Source: a virus
Length of the DNA stretch: 64,000 bases
Direction: 5' to 3' (one strand)
Virus record (IMG/VR): IMGVR_UViG_3300030493_000012
Shown here: positions 9,448 to 19,286 of the stretch, in pieces
How the letters are laid out: each line of letters begins with the position of its first letter
How positions within the stretch are numbered: position 1 is the stretch's first letter
The notes under the pieces: generated by a model
What the model saw: only the letters and a program-made list of their open reading frames with translations
What the model was told of the DNA's origin: nothing
Databases searched by the model: none
Position numbers and translations under genes: made by a program

Positions 9448-10006
9448 CTAGTTTAGTTATGATACAAGTTGATTCGTAGTTTGGAACAACAAGGTTCGCT
9501 TTTTTATTTTTAACAAAATTATTAACAGCAATAGTACACCCCTCACATTGCCAGCAAAAATAGTCATCAACAATAATTTTACCACCAATTGACAGTTTAG
9601 GCCAGATAAATTCTAAAGAATCTTTCGTTGGTGCATATAAATCAACATCAACATGAGCAAAACAAATATTTGATATGCTAGATAAAGAAAAAACCTCTGG
9701 AATCCAGCCCTTATAGAGGTTTACAAAAGAATATTCACAAAAGACCTCTTTGACTTGTTCGAAGTTATTTTTAGAAAAAACATTATCGTACGTATTGTCC
9801 TGTAAAGAGCGCGGGCCGAATCCTTCAAAAGAGTCAAAAAGGTGAAGCTGTTTATAGGTTTTGTGAATAACTTTTGCCATCTCAAATGCAGAACCGCCTT
9901 TATATACACCACACTCAACAACATCGCCTTCAATTTGGTCTGTTGAAGAAAGCGTTTTTAATAAAGTAGCAAGCTGTAATTTCCCGATTATTAATTCTGG
10001 TTGCAT
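9440..10006 (-). CDS. TylF/MycF-family sugar O-methyltransferase
   Basis: GDVVECGVYKGGS, FDSFEG, FAHVDVDLY, GGKIIVDDY. Confidence 0.9.
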   Translation of the reverse strand: MQPELIIGKLQLATLLKTLSSTDQIEGDVVECGVYKGGSAFEMAKVIHKTYKQLHLFDSFEGFGPRSLQDNTYDNVFSKNNFEQVKEVFCEYSFVNLYKGWIPEVFSLSSISNICFAHVDVDLYAPTKDSLEFIWPKLSIGGKIIVDDYFCWQCEGCTIAVNNFVKNKKANLVVPNYESTCIITKLDV

Positions 10007-10813
10007 TTATATTTTGTTTTTAATTACTTCGAAAATTAAGTCATCAGAAATATGCGCGATACTCTTAGCATCTAAATAAGTTGCATTTGGATTGACCGGC
10101 TGGATATTTTTAACAAATTCTGGTGTATAATATTCGTTAGCATATAGCCCAATTAGATTTTTCTTGAAACCAGAAGCGCACCAGCACAACCCCGTGTCAA
10201 CAGTAATAAAAAGCCTACTGGCAATCATCATCTTTACTGCGTCTTCATAAAATCCATTAATTTTAATAGCGCCATCAATAGTTGGTTCTGAAAGACCTCC
10301 TAGCTGGATAACAGTATAGCCGAGTTCTTTACAAAAATCAACGATTCTTTTACTTTTTTCCATTGGAATTGATTTATAGGAAGCACCACTGCCGCCAAAT
10401 GGAGCAATAGCTATAACTTGAGGCCAAAACTCTGTCTGGTTAATCGGAATTTCGATTTGCAAAGGAGCGTCTGGTACGGGAAATTCATACTGATGAAAGA
10501 CTTCCTGAGTTTGGTGCCTTATCTTCCACCACTTTTCGTCTTTGTGTGATGGCATTGGGTTGTACAATTTGTCTATACCGGAGTTTTGTAAAAAAGCTAA
10601 ATCAGCAACCGATGGAAATTTATCATAACTATCGGAAATATAAATTCCATCAATATAATTGCACCATCTTAGAATTGAGGCGGCGGCTGAATATTTGTAA
10701 TTAACATTCGCGCAGTAAAACAAATCTGGAATTGTATTTTTTAGGTGTCTTACTAATGGAAGTTGTATGAATTGGTCTCCTATTTGACCGTGCGCTAAAC
10801 CTAAAATCTTCAT
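10007..10813 (-). CDS. Glycosyltransferase family 9-like (heptosyltransferase fold)
   Basis: GQIGDQF, IAIAPFGG, VIQLGG, FITVDTGLCWCAS. Confidence 0.75.
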   Translation of the reverse strand: MKILGLAHGQIGDQFIQLPLVRHLKNTIPDLFYCANVNYKYSAAASILRWCNYIDGIYISDSYDKFPSVADLAFLQNSGIDKLYNPMPSHKDEKWWKIRHQTQEVFHQYEFPVPDAPLQIEIPINQTEFWPQVIAIAPFGGSGASYKSIPMEKSKRIVDFCKELGYTVIQLGGLSEPTIDGAIKINGFYEDAVKMMIASRLFITVDTGLCWCASGFKKNLIGLYANEYYTPEFVKNIQPVNPNATYLDAKSIAHISDDLIFEVIKNKI

Positions 10814-11433
10814 AAAATCTCAAAATATCCTATTGCTGATGCTCCATTTCCCATTATTTCGCCATAACTATAGTTTTTACACGCATCAAACTCAACTTTT
10901 TGCCATCTAGGAGCTAGATAATATTCTTCTGTTAGAATTTTCTTATTGGACAGAGAGAGAAGATTCCGCAAGGTTGGCTGTGAAAAATTTCTGTCGTAGC
11001 CCATGTAATGGTCTAATCCACAAGGAGTTGTAAAACAAAAAGGCACTTGTATATTATTAAAACATTTAATCTCTGAATTAGAAAAATGGTCACTTAAATA
11101 ACCTCCGCGCCCTAAATGTTCAAGAACCGAAATAAGTAGCGCGAAATCACATTGTTTATTATTAATCTCAAAATTTTCTATTCCGGTTTTTATAACAGAA
11201 AAATTTGGATGATTTAAATATTTTAGATACTCTTGGTTGTCCTTCCACCGGCAAGGGTCTAAAACAGTCACTGAAAATCCATTATTTAGCAACCAGCCTA
11301 AATATAATGACTCAGCGCCACCAATGTCAAAAACGCGAGTTTTGCCAGCCGCCTTCTGCATAAGACAATAACTCTCAAGCAATGGAATTTCAATTGCTCT
11401 CTCATAATTCTTTGTAAAATCTGGTTTAATCAT
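10810..11433 (-). CDS. SAM-dependent methyltransferase-like protein
   Basis: ERAIEIP, VFDIGG, LISVLEHLGRG. Confidence 0.7.
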   Translation of the reverse strand: MIKPDFTKNYERAIEIPLLESYCLMQKAAGKTRVFDIGGAESLYLGWLLNNGFSVTVLDPCRWKDNQEYLKYLNHPNFSVIKTGIENFEINNKQCDFALLISVLEHLGRGGYLSDHFSNSEIKCFNNIQVPFCFTTPCGLDHYMGYDRNFSQPTLRNLLSLSNKKILTEEYYLAPRWQKVEFDACKNYSYGEIMGNGASAIGYFEIL

Positions 11434-12176
11434 AAATTCTGAAAATCATCTAATTTTAAATAATCTAAATACTCTGGCGTTCCAATATGATAGCTCGTTG
11501 CTATTTTCGTATCAAATCCTAAAAATTTCGGATTAGAACGAGAGAAATTGGAGATTGCAATTCTAAAGGCCATTTCGCATTGAGCGTTTTTAAAACTTTT
11601 CCAATTATCAAAGATAATCTTAATAGCCAAAAACAAGTCTCTGGTTCTAGATATATTTGGTTGAAAATCAAAAGTTTCCATCTGATTGTATGGCGAAACA
11701 GACTTTTCAGGCTCAACAAGGCCGTCTCTGATAAACCTAAAATTGAGAAGGTCAATATTGTTGTTTAGCGCATCAATGGCCTCATTAAAACACTTAAAAA
11801 CAGAGTTCTCGTCTTTTGCATGTAAAGGAGAATCGTCCTCAAACCAAAACGTAAATGGCTGATTATGAAGGTCTTGCATTGTAAACATTTTATAAATATC
11901 GTTTAGATACTCATTTTGGTGAGACATTCCGCGCTGCCAGTTTCCGAATGTAACAATTGGTTTAATGTTTTCGGAAACAAAAAAATCTACCATTTCGTTG
12001 AGCCTATCTTTCTCGGATTGGTCTTCTCTTACTTTAATGTGCGCGAATTTTTGGCTAAAAGTATTAAGGCCAATTTGCTTTTTCAGGTGTTTGACTGAGG
12101 TTTTATAAACATCATAAAAGCCAAAATGTCCAGCCGTGCTAGTAAAAACAACTAGATTAATTGGTAATGTTGTCAT
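11430..12176 (-). CDS. Putative glycosyltransferase-like protein
   Basis: FWFEDDSP acidic motif, C-terminal YHIG; operon context. Confidence 0.45.
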   Translation of the reverse strand: MTTLPINLVVFTSTAGHFGFYDVYKTSVKHLKKQIGLNTFSQKFAHIKVREDQSEKDRLNEMVDFFVSENIKPIVTFGNWQRGMSHQNEYLNDIYKMFTMQDLHNQPFTFWFEDDSPLHAKDENSVFKCFNEAIDALNNNIDLLNFRFIRDGLVEPEKSVSPYNQMETFDFQPNISRTRDLFLAIKIIFDNWKSFKNAQCEMAFRIAISNFSRSNPKFLGFDTKIATSYHIGTPEYLDYLKLDDFQNL

Positions 12177-12811
12177 TTTGATATTTGTATATAATTATCC
12201 TGCTCAACAGATAATGTTTTCAGATTATGGTCTTCAATAAACTTTAAAACCGCCTGCTTTGATTCGCTCTTTGTGTTTGTCTGATACATAACTATTCTTC
12301 CGCCGTCTCTAATTTTTGGATACCAGCAGTCTAGGCAGTTTTTTGTGTGGACTGGGCTTTCAGTAACTCTAACAAGAACAAAAAAGACGCTTTTATCACT
12401 AAACTCATGAGCCACATGCCAAGAGTTAAATTGTGCTCTGCTTGTTAGTTTTTCCGAAAACGGACATTGTTGGACATAAAAATCAAAAATATCTATTGAC
12501 CGCTCTTTCCCGCCAATTCTATTAAACCATTTATCAACCGCCTCATACCAAGGTGTATATCCGACAAGTTTATCGCCGTCAAGATAGCTTTCGACCATAT
12601 TGAACATGTCAAAAACATAAAATTTCGATTTCTTCTTGTTTTCGGCCAAATTTTCCATCATAAAACAGGCGTGTTTTCCAAAAAAGGCATTGTTTACTTC
12701 GCACAGAATATCGCCATCAACACATTCTTGTGCGGCGACAGCATAAACATCATAAGGAAAAACCTCGTTATGAGACCAGTCTGGAATTGTTTTATAAAAA
12801 TCGTATGTCAT
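12173..12811 (-). CDS. Divergent class I methyltransferase-like protein
   Basis: LCEV..FFGKHACFM, YVFDMF, WYPKIRDGG pattern; canonical GxG degenerate. Confidence 0.55.
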   Translation of the reverse strand: MTYDFYKTIPDWSHNEVFPYDVYAVAAQECVDGDILCEVNNAFFGKHACFMMENLAENKKKSKFYVFDMFNMVESYLDGDKLVGYTPWYEAVDKWFNRIGGKERSIDIFDFYVQQCPFSEKLTSRAQFNSWHVAHEFSDKSVFFVLVRVTESPVHTKNCLDCWYPKIRDGGRIVMYQTNTKSESKQAVLKFIEDHNLKTLSVEQDNYIQISK

Positions 12812-13095
12812 TTTTCAATAGGCTGTCCAATATTTTTGTTAACATATTGCTCCAAAACATCAACAAAAAAAGCTAACTCTCTTAATCCAGTATCAACTGT
12901 TATGCCTTTTGTGTCAACGCTTTTCTTCAAATAAAGAGCTAAATTTTTAATTACCTTCTTTTTGTGCTTAAAAATTCTAGCCAGAATATCAATCTTCGCG
13001 CCTAAATCATCAGAATTAAGATGGCGATTAATAAAAGTGGAGACAATCATTATTTTAACATATTTTTCGCAATATTCTAAGCTAGTTTCGTTCAT
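12808..13095 (-). CDS. Hypothetical protein
   Basis: 95-aa coupled ORF. Confidence 0.6.
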   Translation of the reverse strand: MNETSLEYCEKYVKIMIVSTFINRHLNSDDLGAKIDILARIFKHKKKVIKNLALYLKKSVDTKGITVDTGLRELAFFVDVLEQYVNKNIGQPIEK

Positions 13096-13618
13096 AAATA
13101 AAATCTCCTTCTACCATTGCTTTTCTGGAGTAACCGTTTTGAGCCATCCATTGTTCAATTTCGTGCAAATAAGGATTAATGTAGGTGGCTAAATCATTAT
13201 AAATTTCAACCACAATCTGTTTTGGGCGGCTAACTAAATGCTTAATAGCAAACCACTCATATCCTTCTGTGTCAATTCTTAAGAAATCAATTTGCCCGGT
13301 ATCAAAGATCGAAATCTTCTTTACTTGAACATTTATGACTTTAGAATTTGCTTGATTAGACGGACTTATTGAATCTATCAAGGAAGACGATGTTCCGTTA
13401 TCATAAAAATTCATTTCTCCTTCGCGGTCTCCGATTGCAACATTAAAGATTTTTACATTTGGCCTTCCTTTGCAATCTTTCATCAAATCAGAATAATATA
13501 AAGGATGTGGCTCGAACATTAAAATTTCTACGTCTGGATTGTCCCAGAAAAGCCTTCCGTAAGCCATGCTTAATGGCCCGACTCCAATTTCAGCTAATAC
13601 AGTTTTGTTGTTGTTCAT
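13082..13618 (-). CDS. FkbM-family methyltransferase
   Basis: AEIGVG, MFEPHP, NVAIGD, LRIDTEGYE. Confidence 0.85.
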   Translation of the reverse strand: MNNNKTVLAEIGVGPLSMAYGRLFWDNPDVEILMFEPHPLYYSDLMKDCKGRPNVKIFNVAIGDREGEMNFYDNGTSSSLIDSISPSNQANSKVINVQVKKISIFDTGQIDFLRIDTEGYEWFAIKHLVSRPKQIVVEIYNDLATYINPYLHEIEQWMAQNGYSRKAMVEGDFIYERN

Positions 13619-14262
13619 GAGTAACAGTCTAAATAAAAAAGTTGTAAGTCCATATTTGCAAATAGAATGTCTGACTGAATAAGCATTTGTCCAGAATTAT
13701 AATGATGGTCTATAATATCATAGACGCGAAACCCAATTGAGTGCATGAAATTAATAACATTAATCAAAAAAGGTGCGCCAGCATTATATTGTTGGATTTG
13801 TGTCTCCAGTTGAACAAAAGAGGCTTTTGTGACTATCTCAACGCCGCCTAAAACAATGTTTCTTTCGCTGCCTTGAGCGTCTATTTTAATTAAATCAAAG
13901 GACTGTTTCGGAAACAGTTCGTTTAAAGTAGTTGTTTTACGCTGTGTTTTAACAAAAGGAAAGCATGATTTTTCTTTAAATACCGAATTTCCTTCCTCGC
14001 ATCCGGTTTGACAAACATAAAAATCAACAAGTTTTTCACATTCACCAGCAACGGCAATTTTTACATCATCAAAACCATTTTTCTTAATAAGCTCCAAACA
14101 GTTTTTATTCGCCTCCACCAATGAAAAAGAGGCGTCTGGATAGATTTCCTTCATCATCAAAGACCAGTTGCCGTGATAAGCGCCAACATCTAAGATTCTT
14201 TTCGGAACAAACCCAATGTTTTTTAAGGCTAAATACCTATTATATTGATTTTCGGAGTGCAT
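13615..14262 (-). CDS. FkbM-family methyltransferase
   Basis: LDVGAYHG, VEAN, IKIDAQGSE. Confidence 0.9.
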   Translation of the reverse strand: MHSENQYNRYLALKNIGFVPKRILDVGAYHGNWSLMMKEIYPDASFSLVEANKNCLELIKKNGFDDVKIAVAGECEKLVDFYVCQTGCEEGNSVFKEKSCFPFVKTQRKTTTLNELFPKQSFDLIKIDAQGSERNIVLGGVEIVTKASFVQLETQIQQYNAGAPFLINVINFMHSIGFRVYDIIDHHYNSGQMLIQSDILFANMDLQLFYLDCYS

Positions 14263-14981
14263 TATTTATTGAAAACGTAATAGTTGACTCTTGTTGACGG
14301 CTCATTTTTCCATGCATAGCTCAAATAAAGATGCCTTCCGTGATTATAGTGCCAAGTGGATGGCGGAATAAAAACATCACATTTTCCGCCTACAGCAAGC
14401 ATCAAATGATAATCTCCTGTATCGGAACCGATATACTTGCCAATTACAGAATAACAAGCGACCAACTGTCTAATTGGAAGGTCTAAAATATTAACAACGC
14501 CATCAAATTTACGATAATTAGACGATAGACCAAACTGTAAAACCGAATTTGTCTTTTTCGCATTGCCAATCAAAAAATCGCAAATATTGGTTGGAATCTC
14601 TCTATACCTTGCCAATTCATGTCCATCTGGTTTTCCAACCGCTCCATTAAAAGCTATTGGATTTTCGTAACTTTTAAGAAAGTCTTTAGCCCAAGATTTT
14701 TCCTCGTCTGTAATTCTTACAAACGGAATCGGGCTAATATCGTCCATTTTAAAATAGTTCAAGATTCTTTGTGAATAACAAACCGTGTCATTTGTTTCTG
14801 GACAAGCCTCTACAGGTTTGTCAACAAACTCAATATCGGCAACGCCATCATAAAGTTTGGATAGAATATTTTCAGTAACATAGTTTTTCAACATTACAAT
14901 AACGCCTTTTTCCTTCTTAAAAAGCGGCGTCAATCCTAAACAGTCGCCAACCGAACCAGAATTATTAGTTACTTTTATCAT
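14262..14981 (-). CDS. Glycosyltransferase family 9-like protein
   Basis: GSVGDCL, VLQFG, YIGSDTGDYHLMLAVG. Confidence 0.7.
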   Translation of the reverse strand: MIKVTNNSGSVGDCLGLTPLFKKEKGVIVMLKNYVTENILSKLYDGVADIEFVDKPVEACPETNDTVCYSQRILNYFKMDDISPIPFVRITDEEKSWAKDFLKSYENPIAFNGAVGKPDGHELARYREIPTNICDFLIGNAKKTNSVLQFGLSSNYRKFDGVVNILDLPIRQLVACYSVIGKYIGSDTGDYHLMLAVGGKCDVFIPPSTWHYNHGRHLYLSYAWKNEPSTRVNYYVFNK

Positions 14982-15787
14982 TAAAAATTAAAATCGAGAA
15001 TTTCTTTTAAATAGTTTTGGCTAAAATTTTCGTAACACACATACTTAATTCTAGGTTTTTCAGGAAGCCAGTCTTCGTTGGTAAAAATAGATTTTCCTAA
15101 ATTAATTCCGTGCTTAACATAATCAGGAACTATATCAACAACTTTGCCGCCAACAGCTGCCATTAAATGAGGGTGCCCTGTTTCCCCGGTAATAATCTTG
15201 CCAATGACTTTATAACAAGCGGCCATCTGGCGAAGCGTTAGGTCAAGAATTGGAATCGCGCCGGTCAATGGAGTAAACATTTTTCGTCCGTCACCATAAA
15301 AACCATTTGAAACTCCAAATTGCAACATTGTATGGTTTTTTTGTACTAAATAATCACAAATTGATTGAACTAGCTCGGTCGGAGGGCGAATAACATTTGC
15401 ACACCAATTATTTTTATCCGAACATCCAGAATTGTCATTAATTATAGCAATCGGATTATTATAAGATTTAAGGAAACTCTTAGCCCATTCATATTCCTGA
15501 CTAGAAATATTAATTTTGGGAATAATCGAGCCGGTCAGTCCAAGTTTTTCAAAACTGTCGTGTGTTGTGTGTCTGCTATTTTGAGGATTATTAAAAGAAG
15601 CCATTTCATGCTGTTGTTTAAAAACAACACTGTAAGCAATTCCGTCAAACAAAGCCGCGACTTTTTTACCAAAATTATTGTCTGGAAGTTCAATCGTCGC
15701 ATTGCAAAGGTAACAAACTGGAGTTGCCCAGAGAGCGTCACCAATTGCTGGCAGAGGAAGGCTTATTGTTTTAAAGAGTTTTTCCAT
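14981..15787 (-). CDS. Glycosyltransferase family 9-like protein (paralog of neighbour)
   Basis: AIGDAL, MLQFG, IITGETGHPHLMAAVG. Confidence 0.7.
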   Translation of the reverse strand: MEKLFKTISLPLPAIGDALWATPVCYLCNATIELPDNNFGKKVAALFDGIAYSVVFKQQHEMASFNNPQNSRHTTHDSFEKLGLTGSIIPKINISSQEYEWAKSFLKSYNNPIAIINDNSGCSDKNNWCANVIRPPTELVQSICDYLVQKNHTMLQFGVSNGFYGDGRKMFTPLTGAIPILDLTLRQMAACYKVIGKIITGETGHPHLMAAVGGKVVDIVPDYVKHGINLGKSIFTNEDWLPEKPRIKYVCYENFSQNYLKEILDFNF

Positions 15788-16563
15788 TAAATTTCAAGAT
15801 TGTGGGGCCAATATTCTATTTTATCAAAGTCAATTTCTGTATTTACTTCAAATCCGGCGCGGTTACTCCAGACCGGATTCCAAAAGGCTTGCTGTTTAAG
15901 CCTTTGCTCTTTATTTAGCCAACCGAAGTGCTTAACAACTGGACAGTTTTGTTGTCTTATTTGTGTTAGTTTTTCGTTATTATCCAAATTAGGATTGATA
16001 AGAAAGACCGATTTAACCAAATTGCCATCTGAATAAATCAATTCGGCACTGTCGCTCTTGGTGTGTAAAATTTTCCCATTATCTAGCTTGGCGAAATTAA
16101 CAATTCCACGCTCAATATTAGGTTTGTTCTTATGAATATACCATTTCTGCCCCAGCGAACGGAAGTGATTTAGGTCATGAAACAGGTCAATCACAGGCAC
16201 AAACACTGCATCATATTCTGATTTTTCTAGCTTAAAAGCTAATTTGCGCCAGCTATCTCTAAACTTAGGACTGACCGCTTCATCAATATCAAGTAATGTA
16301 CAAAATTCACCAGAACAAGCCTTCAAAGCTGCATTTTTCAGTTTTCCATCAAAAGCATAATCTGAAAATTTAATATCCGTAACTACGCATTTAATATTAT
16401 TGTCAAAACAAAACTTCGACAAAACCTCTACAGAATCATCTTTGCAATCAGTTGATGTAGCCACGCAAACTTCATCAGCAAAGTCTCGAAATTCAATTAA
16501 TCGGCGTTGCCAATCGAAAATGTTGGCGGACAAATTATAGAGCGAACTGTAAATCGAGAGCAT
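15787..16563 (-). CDS. Glycosyltransferase family 2-like protein
   Basis: KNAALKAC, LLDIDE (DxD), KHFGWL. Confidence 0.7.
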   Translation of the reverse strand: MLSIYSSLYNLSANIFDWQRRLIEFRDFADEVCVATSTDCKDDSVEVLSKFCFDNNIKCVVTDIKFSDYAFDGKLKNAALKACSGEFCTLLDIDEAVSPKFRDSWRKLAFKLEKSEYDAVFVPVIDLFHDLNHFRSLGQKWYIHKNKPNIERGIVNFAKLDNGKILHTKSDSAELIYSDGNLVKSVFLINPNLDNNEKLTQIRQQNCPVVKHFGWLNKEQRLKQQAFWNPVWSNRAGFEVNTEIDFDKIEYWPHNLEI

Positions 16564-17426
16564 TAGTTTATCTTAAAAAATTGTTTATTAGTTCTTCTCA
16601 AATCAATGTCTTCAAACTTATGGCCTAAAATTTCGTAACAATACCAAGAATTCAAGATTTCGACTTCATTTATATAAAACTTCAAATCATAATTCAGGCC
16701 ATTCTTTAGAATGTAATTCTTAAAAGCCTCAACCGTTAAATCTATTTTAAGTTCTTGCGAGCAAAAAGTCAAGAACTCTCGCCTAATATTTTCCAAAATT
16801 CGATATTTATTTAGATTATCCTCGTTTCCTAAAAGTAAATGGTTCGAAAATCCAGCGTGGAACCAATAAACCATAAAATGTGAAATATACTCATCCTTAG
16901 CTCTTTTTTCATTCCTAACGCTCCACCTAACCTGTTTATCATCAGGAATATATTGCTCAATTCTAATAGAATTACCTTCTCTATTAGCCAAGCCCCAGTG
17001 CGGCGAACCAAAGAAAAAATGCTCATCTTTCTTCTTGAAAAGCATCAATTTTGAATATTGATAAACGTATTCTATGTTATTTTGCTCCAATTGACAAATA
17101 AAACTTCGTATTTGTGATAAAAACTGCTCTGAATATCTTTCAAGCGAATCAGCTAAAAGACACCAGCTACCACGCATAAATTTTGGATTAAACAAAAATC
17201 CATTCATTGACCAATCATGTCTTTGCAGGTATGGTAATTTGATAATATCACCAGAACCTTTGTTGGCTTCTAAAACTTCATAGCTTTTATCGTTTGAAGG
17301 CTGATGAACAACACCAAAAATCCCGCTTATATGTTTTAGCGGCTGGCATAACTCAATAAGATTTTGCTCGTCATTTTGAGTTATAATTCCTAAATAAACT
17401 TTTGGTTGATAAGCCATATTAATCAT
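16563..17426 (-). CDS. Putative GT2-like glycosyltransferase
   Basis: LADSLER degenerate DxDE; operon context. Confidence 0.5.
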   Translation of the reverse strand: MINMAYQPKVYLGIITQNDEQNLIELCQPLKHISGIFGVVHQPSNDKSYEVLEANKGSGDIIKLPYLQRHDWSMNGFLFNPKFMRGSWCLLADSLERYSEQFLSQIRSFICQLEQNNIEYVYQYSKLMLFKKKDEHFFFGSPHWGLANREGNSIRIEQYIPDDKQVRWSVRNEKRAKDEYISHFMVYWFHAGFSNHLLLGNEDNLNKYRILENIRREFLTFCSQELKIDLTVEAFKNYILKNGLNYDLKFYINEVEILNSWYCYEILGHKFEDIDLRRTNKQFFKIN

Positions 17427-18189
17427 TCCAAGCTACAAAACTATGTTGTTTCCAGTTTTCTGGAATTTGACCTTCTGTTGGCCATCCTCCATTTAATACA
17501 ATTTGCCATTCTTGGTCTGTAAACGGTGGGTAAACTTCTGTTTTGTAAGTTGGCCGCTTCAAAACTTGTAGAACTTTTGTATCACAACGATGTTTATAAA
17601 TACCATCGCCAATTTCTCGGATACTCCATTTTCCATTGTCCTTAAACGCCGGTTGGCAATGCATAATTTTCAAATTATTCTCTGCAAAGTATTCTTGGAC
17701 AACTTGTTCTAGGTACTTACAAAAATTGAGAGGGCCGGGGCCGCCTACCGAAAGTTTTGGTATTTGATTATAAAATTTTACGTTCATCAGACTTACTCTT
17801 TCTGAAAATCTATTAATTCCAGCCTGAGCGCCAGCTAAATCAATACAAGAGTATTCGTGCCTAAGCATATCAATCATAAATTCAACATCTTGACTTCTAA
17901 TTTCGGCAATTAGCTCTTGGTCGTTTTGAACATAAAAAGCGTAATTTGTATCACAGATATTGTATAAATCTACCGTGGCACAACCAGAACCTGAATTTTT
18001 CTTATTTAAGATTAACTTATCAATCAGCCCGGCTTTGTAATAATCTAAAACATAATCCTGCTCGCCGCCATTGCTCAAATAAATAACCTGATAATCAAAT
18101 TTGCTGTTTTTGTGGATAGACTCTAAACAAACCTTGGATTCTTCTGGTTTCTGATAGTCTAGTATTAGATATGAAATTTTCTCTGGCAT
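17419..18189 (-). CDS. Glycosyltransferase family 2-like protein (first gene of glycan operon)
   Basis: LILDY.KPEE..VCLESI, YLSNG, YVQNDQ; start MPEK at 18189 fixed by the promoter. Confidence 0.7.
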   Translation of the reverse strand: MPEKISYLILDYQKPEESKVCLESIHKNSKFDYQVIYLSNGGEQDYVLDYYKAGLIDKLILNKKNSGSGCATVDLYNICDTNYAFYVQNDQELIAEIRSQDVEFMIDMLRHEYSCIDLAGAQAGINRFSERVSLMNVKFYNQIPKLSVGGPGPLNFCKYLEQVVQEYFAENNLKIMHCQPAFKDNGKWSIREIGDGIYKHRCDTKVLQVLKRPTYKTEVYPPFTDQEWQIVLNGGWPTEGQIPENWKQHSFVAWND

Positions 18190-18195
18190 TTGATA

Positions 18196-18224
18196 ATTAT
18201 AATCCGAAAACGCCAAGAAGTCAA
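18196..18224 (-). promoter_or_regulatory. sigma70-type promoter heading the glycan operon, leaderless
   Basis: TTGACT-N17-TATAAT-N6-ATG(18189). Confidence 0.75.
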
Positions 18225-18236
18225 TAAAATTTGAAG

Positions 18237-18287
18237 AAAAAAGAACCGCCTATTTAGTTTTTGTTAGACAAGAGCAAGAAGGCGGTT
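18237..18287 (-). terminator. Intrinsic terminator-like hairpin
   Basis: AACCGCCT/AGGCGGTT 8-bp stem (18244-51/18280-87), long loop, followed by C then T6 on the minus strand. Confidence 0.55.
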
Positions 18288-18350
18288 TTGGACTTATTTT
18301 ATTCTAGTTTAGAATTCAATATCAGTCTTTGTGTTGCTCCTTTATACTAA

Positions 18351-18359
18351 TAATTACAC
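18351..18359 (-). promoter_or_regulatory. GTGTAAT motif (putative late promoter), no ORF downstream
   Basis: GTGTAATTA. Confidence 0.5.
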
Positions 18360-18375
18360 CTTTTGGCTCTGCAAA

Positions 18376-18627
18376 TTAATTTTTATACGCAACTAAATTG
18401 CCAGAAGTAAAAGTAAAACCTAAGAATTTACCTTTAAGCCAGTCTTGTGGCTGTAAAACGCAACCGCTTACAAGGTTGGCTATATTGGTCGAATTGATAT
18501 AAGTAAAATTAACATTCTGAGTGCCAACGGCTTTTAGATAACCATAGTCGCCACTGTAGTTGCCTGTTTGCTGACAATAAGTGCCGCCGCGCTCAAATTC
18601 CGCAATATTGATAACTGGGTGTGCCAT
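18376..18627 (-). CDS. Small hypothetical protein, possibly virion-associated
   Basis: 83 aa, G/T/N-rich, preceded by GTGTAATTA. Confidence 0.6.
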   Translation of the reverse strand: MAHPVINIAEFERGGTYCQQTGNYSGDYGYLKAVGTQNVNFTYINSTNIANLVSGCVLQPQDWLKGKFLGFTFTSGNLVAYKN

Positions 18628-18634
18628 AATATAT

Positions 18635-18643
18635 TAATTACAC
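18635..18643 (-). promoter_or_regulatory. GTGTAAT motif (putative late promoter)
   Basis: GTGTAATTA-N7-ATG(18627). Confidence 0.6.
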
Positions 18644-19003
18644 TTATTTTCCTGTTTTATACCACCGATTCATTCTGACAAATTTCTCTAAACACTCAGG
18701 CTCAATAATAAAAATTGGGGGTTCCGAAATTAAACCTTGATTTTCAACTAAAGGAGGCAAGAAATCTTTGCCGTATTTCTCAATTAATAAATTATACCTA
18801 ATTACAGCATTAGAAGTTATTACTCCATAATTGCCATTGGTAAAGCCTATAAATCCTGAATTTTGATTGCTTCCAGACCAAGAAGGTGTATTAGCAATAA
18901 TTGGCTCTTTTTTAACTGTTCCAACGCAAGAGGTTATAGTTAAAGCCAATAGAACGAAAAGCAGGAATTTAAGGTTTTTTAGGTTCATCTTCATATCCGA
19001 CAT
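18644..19003 (-). CDS. Putative lipoprotein
   Basis: Basic N-terminus, hydrophobic stretch and lipobox-like ITSC. Confidence 0.6.
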   Translation of the reverse strand: MSDMKMNLKNLKFLLFVLLALTITSCVGTVKKEPIIANTPSWSGSNQNSGFIGFTNGNYGVITSNAVIRYNLLIEKYGKDFLPPLVENQGLISEPPIFIIEPECLEKFVRMNRWYKTGK

Positions 19004-19268
19004 TTTCCGCCTCGATTTCTGCTCTGGTAATAAAAGCGGTGCCTTCTTTTACTTGTTTGGCCATTTCAACAGCAGGCGCAACGGCGGCTTTCTGCTTTAA
19101 ACTCCAAATAAAAGCCACAAGAACTTGCAAGCCGCCTAAAGCGGCTATAACCATATCCGTCCAAGTTGCGACATCAACGGAAATTCCTTTCTTTGCAAGC
19201 CAGCCGCCAGAGAATATCAATAAAAGGCGAATTAAAGCAGCCAATTGAGATTTTTGTAACTCTGTCAT
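18969..19268 (-). CDS. Putative holin-like membrane protein (Pam3-gp28-like)
   Basis: Two hydrophobic helices, IR.LL...GG.L..KG...W....K pattern, charged C-terminal tail. Confidence 0.55.
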   Translation of the reverse strand: MTELQKSQLAALIRLLLIFSGGWLAKKGISVDVATWTDMVIAALGGLQVLVAFIWSLKQKAAVAPAVEMAKQVKEGTAFITRAEIEAENVGYEDEPKKP

Positions 19269-19273
19269 ACTGC

Positions 19274-19282
19274 TAATTACAC
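19274..19282 (-). promoter_or_regulatory. GTGTAAT motif (putative late promoter)
   Basis: GTGTAATTA-N5-ATG(19268). Confidence 0.6.
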
Positions 19283-19286
19283 CATT

